A stretch of 64,000 bases of DNA from Mobula hypostoma (lineage: Eukaryota). Both the position numbers and the translations under genes were made by a program. Location of the stretch: contig NC_086108.1 in assembly GCF_963921235.1 (NCBI RefSeq), forward strand, positions 28,708,001 through 28,772,000. The letters run 5' to 3'. Below are positions 61,967-64,000 of this stretch, one piece after another. The notes beneath the pieces were generated by a model. The model worked only from the letters and a program-made list of their open reading frames with translations, had not been told where the DNA came from and did no database searches. How positions within the stretch are numbered: position 1 is the stretch's first letter; the number at the start of each line of letters is the position of its first letter.

Positions 61967-64000
61967 CTTTTTTTGTTAAAAAAATTATTTGTTTTTTGCT
62001 CAGCATAACAAAACTTTCAATTTTCAGATACATTTACATTTCTTCCCCCACAGATATCAGCTATCAGAACACTTCCATCAAAATATAGACGTCACAACGT
62101 CCTGTACAAAAGCCCTTATTACTACAGCAGACAGGTTTACATCTACACACTGCAGAAAAAGTTGCCATGTTTTATGAAAACTATTTGTTTTTGAGTGTAA
62201 CATACATGCCAAAAAGTCCAAAGGAATGTATTCCATGATTAATTTACGCCAACCAAAAAGTCCAGGGGTCTTATCGGATATCCAACAAAGTGAAATGTTC
62301 TTCCTCGCACAAAAAGCCAGGAAGTTAAAAAGTTTTTTCTGATGTGCATTAATAATACGACTGCTGGGAAGCCTAGGAGAAAAGGCACTGAGACCAGTTC
62401 AAGCTCCATCTTCAGAATCTTTTGCATTTCACCCAAAATATCATTCCAGTATGCCTGAAGTTTGGGACAAGTCCAAAAACAGTGGGTGAAAGTTCCAGTA
62501 TTTACTTTACATTTAGAACACACTGGAGAAACCCCCGTCTTAAATTTCGAGAGACGATCTGTAGTCAAATGGGCTCTTTGCAGAATTTTGAGTTGCAATG
62601 CTTTAGTTCTATTACAAACAGAAATTTTCTTTGCATTATCACAGATGTCTTCCCATATTTCAGCTGTAATTTCTACTCCCAGCTCTTCCTCCCAGACCCT
62701 TCCCCGCTGCTCAGCCTCTCCACAAGAACATTCCCTCAGGATGCCGTAAAAAGTACTAATGGAGACTTCACCCTTAGAACAAAATACCCTCTTTTCTATG
62801 TCAGAACTATAGAAATCAGTTAACAATGTTTTTTTTCCTGTATATAATCTCTTATCTGAAAGAAACAAAAAAGATCCTTGTTTGCTATGTTAAATTTCTG
62901 TACTATTTGACGAAAAGATATCATCGTTCCTTCATCAAACAAATTTCCTACATGGAAAATACCCTTAGAAATCCAAAGTTTAAATCCAGAATCCATTATG
63001 CCAGGCTGAAAATCTGGACTGCCGGTTATTGGAGTGAAGGGTGGTATTTTCGCTGTGTTGCCCTAAATTTGTCGCACCGCCCTCCAAACCCTGACTGTAT
63101 AATTGTTATTGGATTGCAACAATACACCTTAATTAGTTTCATCTTATTGAGGAACAGCAAATTAATAAGAGGGCATTTTGCTTGTGAAGCTTCAATGTCT
63201 AGACAAATTGAGGAGGGGCCCCTGCAAACCCAGTCAACCACATAAGATAAAAAGGAACTTAAGTGATATTTTTTAATGTCTGGAAAATCCAGACCCCCTA
63301 GACTACTGGGAAGCTGTAACTTAGACATTTTAACACAGGCTCTTTTTTTGTTCCAGATGAAAGAAACAAACCAGCCATTTATTTTTTTAAGTATTTGTTG
63401 GGTAAAAATGACTGAAATCATTCATATTGGGTAGAGCAGACGAGGAAGAATGTTCATTTTGTTCAAGGATATTTGGCCAAGCCAAGAAATGGGAAGAGTG
63501 CTCCATCGCTCAAGATCCTGTTTGATTTTGTCAAATAACTGTGTAAAGTTAGCTTTGAACAATTGATCAAACGTAGGGGTGATAAATATGCCTAAGTAAA
63601 CAAAACCTGTCTGCGACCATTTAAAGGGGAAAACATCCTGAGTGTCAGGTACCTGTTGCAGATTCCCCAGAGGGATAGCCTCTGATTTAGTAAAGTTTAT
63701 TTTATAACCTGAAAAGGCGCTAAATGAATTGTTGCATTGTATAAGGTTGGTGCACTGATATAGCAGTGTTTGATAAGAAAATTAGAACATCATCCGCATA
63801 CAATGTAATTTTATGTGACTATAGTCCTATGTCTGGAGCAGATATTTTGGTGTCTCGCTGAATAGCCTCAGCCAATGGCTCGATCACTAGTGTGAAAAGT
63901 AGTGGTGATAAAGGGCAGCCCTGCCGGCTGCCCCTCAGAATAGTAAAATTATCCGACCTAATATCATTAGTGAGAATCGCAGCCAAAGGGTCATTATAAA
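61967..64000 (-). mobile_element. L1-clade (L1/Tx1-like) LINE ORF2 3' half, disrupted, extending beyond the window
   Basis: Minus strand gives RGSRQGCPLSPL (about 63900-63935), ITLYADDVL (about 63783-63809), GGLDFPD and a C-terminal CSKC..GTFTHCFWTCPKL zinc knuckle (ORF 62239-62868); A-rich 3' end. Confidence 0.92.

Noticed and set aside
1..64000. Prokaryotic-type systems (CRISPR array, retron, DGR, operons)
   Set aside because: There are no regularly spaced direct repeats and no dense gene packing. All RT domains are eukaryotic non-LTR or PLE types.

Overview
This is eukaryotic (vertebrate) non-coding DNA, AT-rich and CpG-depleted, most likely from a cartilaginous fish such as a ray or shark, judging by the HE1/V-SINE-like, CR1 and Penelope repeat mix (inference). 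Roughly half or more of the window is decayed, often nested transposable elements. These are CR1 LINEs of several subfamilies (one retaining an SGNH-esterase ORF1), Rex1/Babar-like LINEs, an old L2/Crack-like LINE, an L1-clade LINE running off the right edge, tRNA-derived V-SINEs, a CORE-like SINE, Tigger/pogo-like and Tc1-like DNA-transposon remnants, and many Penelope-like element (PLE) copies. Every ORF I can assign belongs to a TE and is frameshifted or truncated. I cannot identify an intact host gene and list only weak exon candidates. The most notable structure is the PLE family. Its terminal repeat carries a minimal type-I hammerhead ribozyme motif, it repeatedly forms 5'-inverted or fold-back mini-copies flanked by 12-16 bp target-site duplications (TSDs), and two young insertions share a CCATCTGC target core. 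Hammerheads in PLEs are already known, so I do not claim a new protein-coding system. Boundaries of old repeats are approximate (tens of bp); TSD and motif coordinates were counted by hand.
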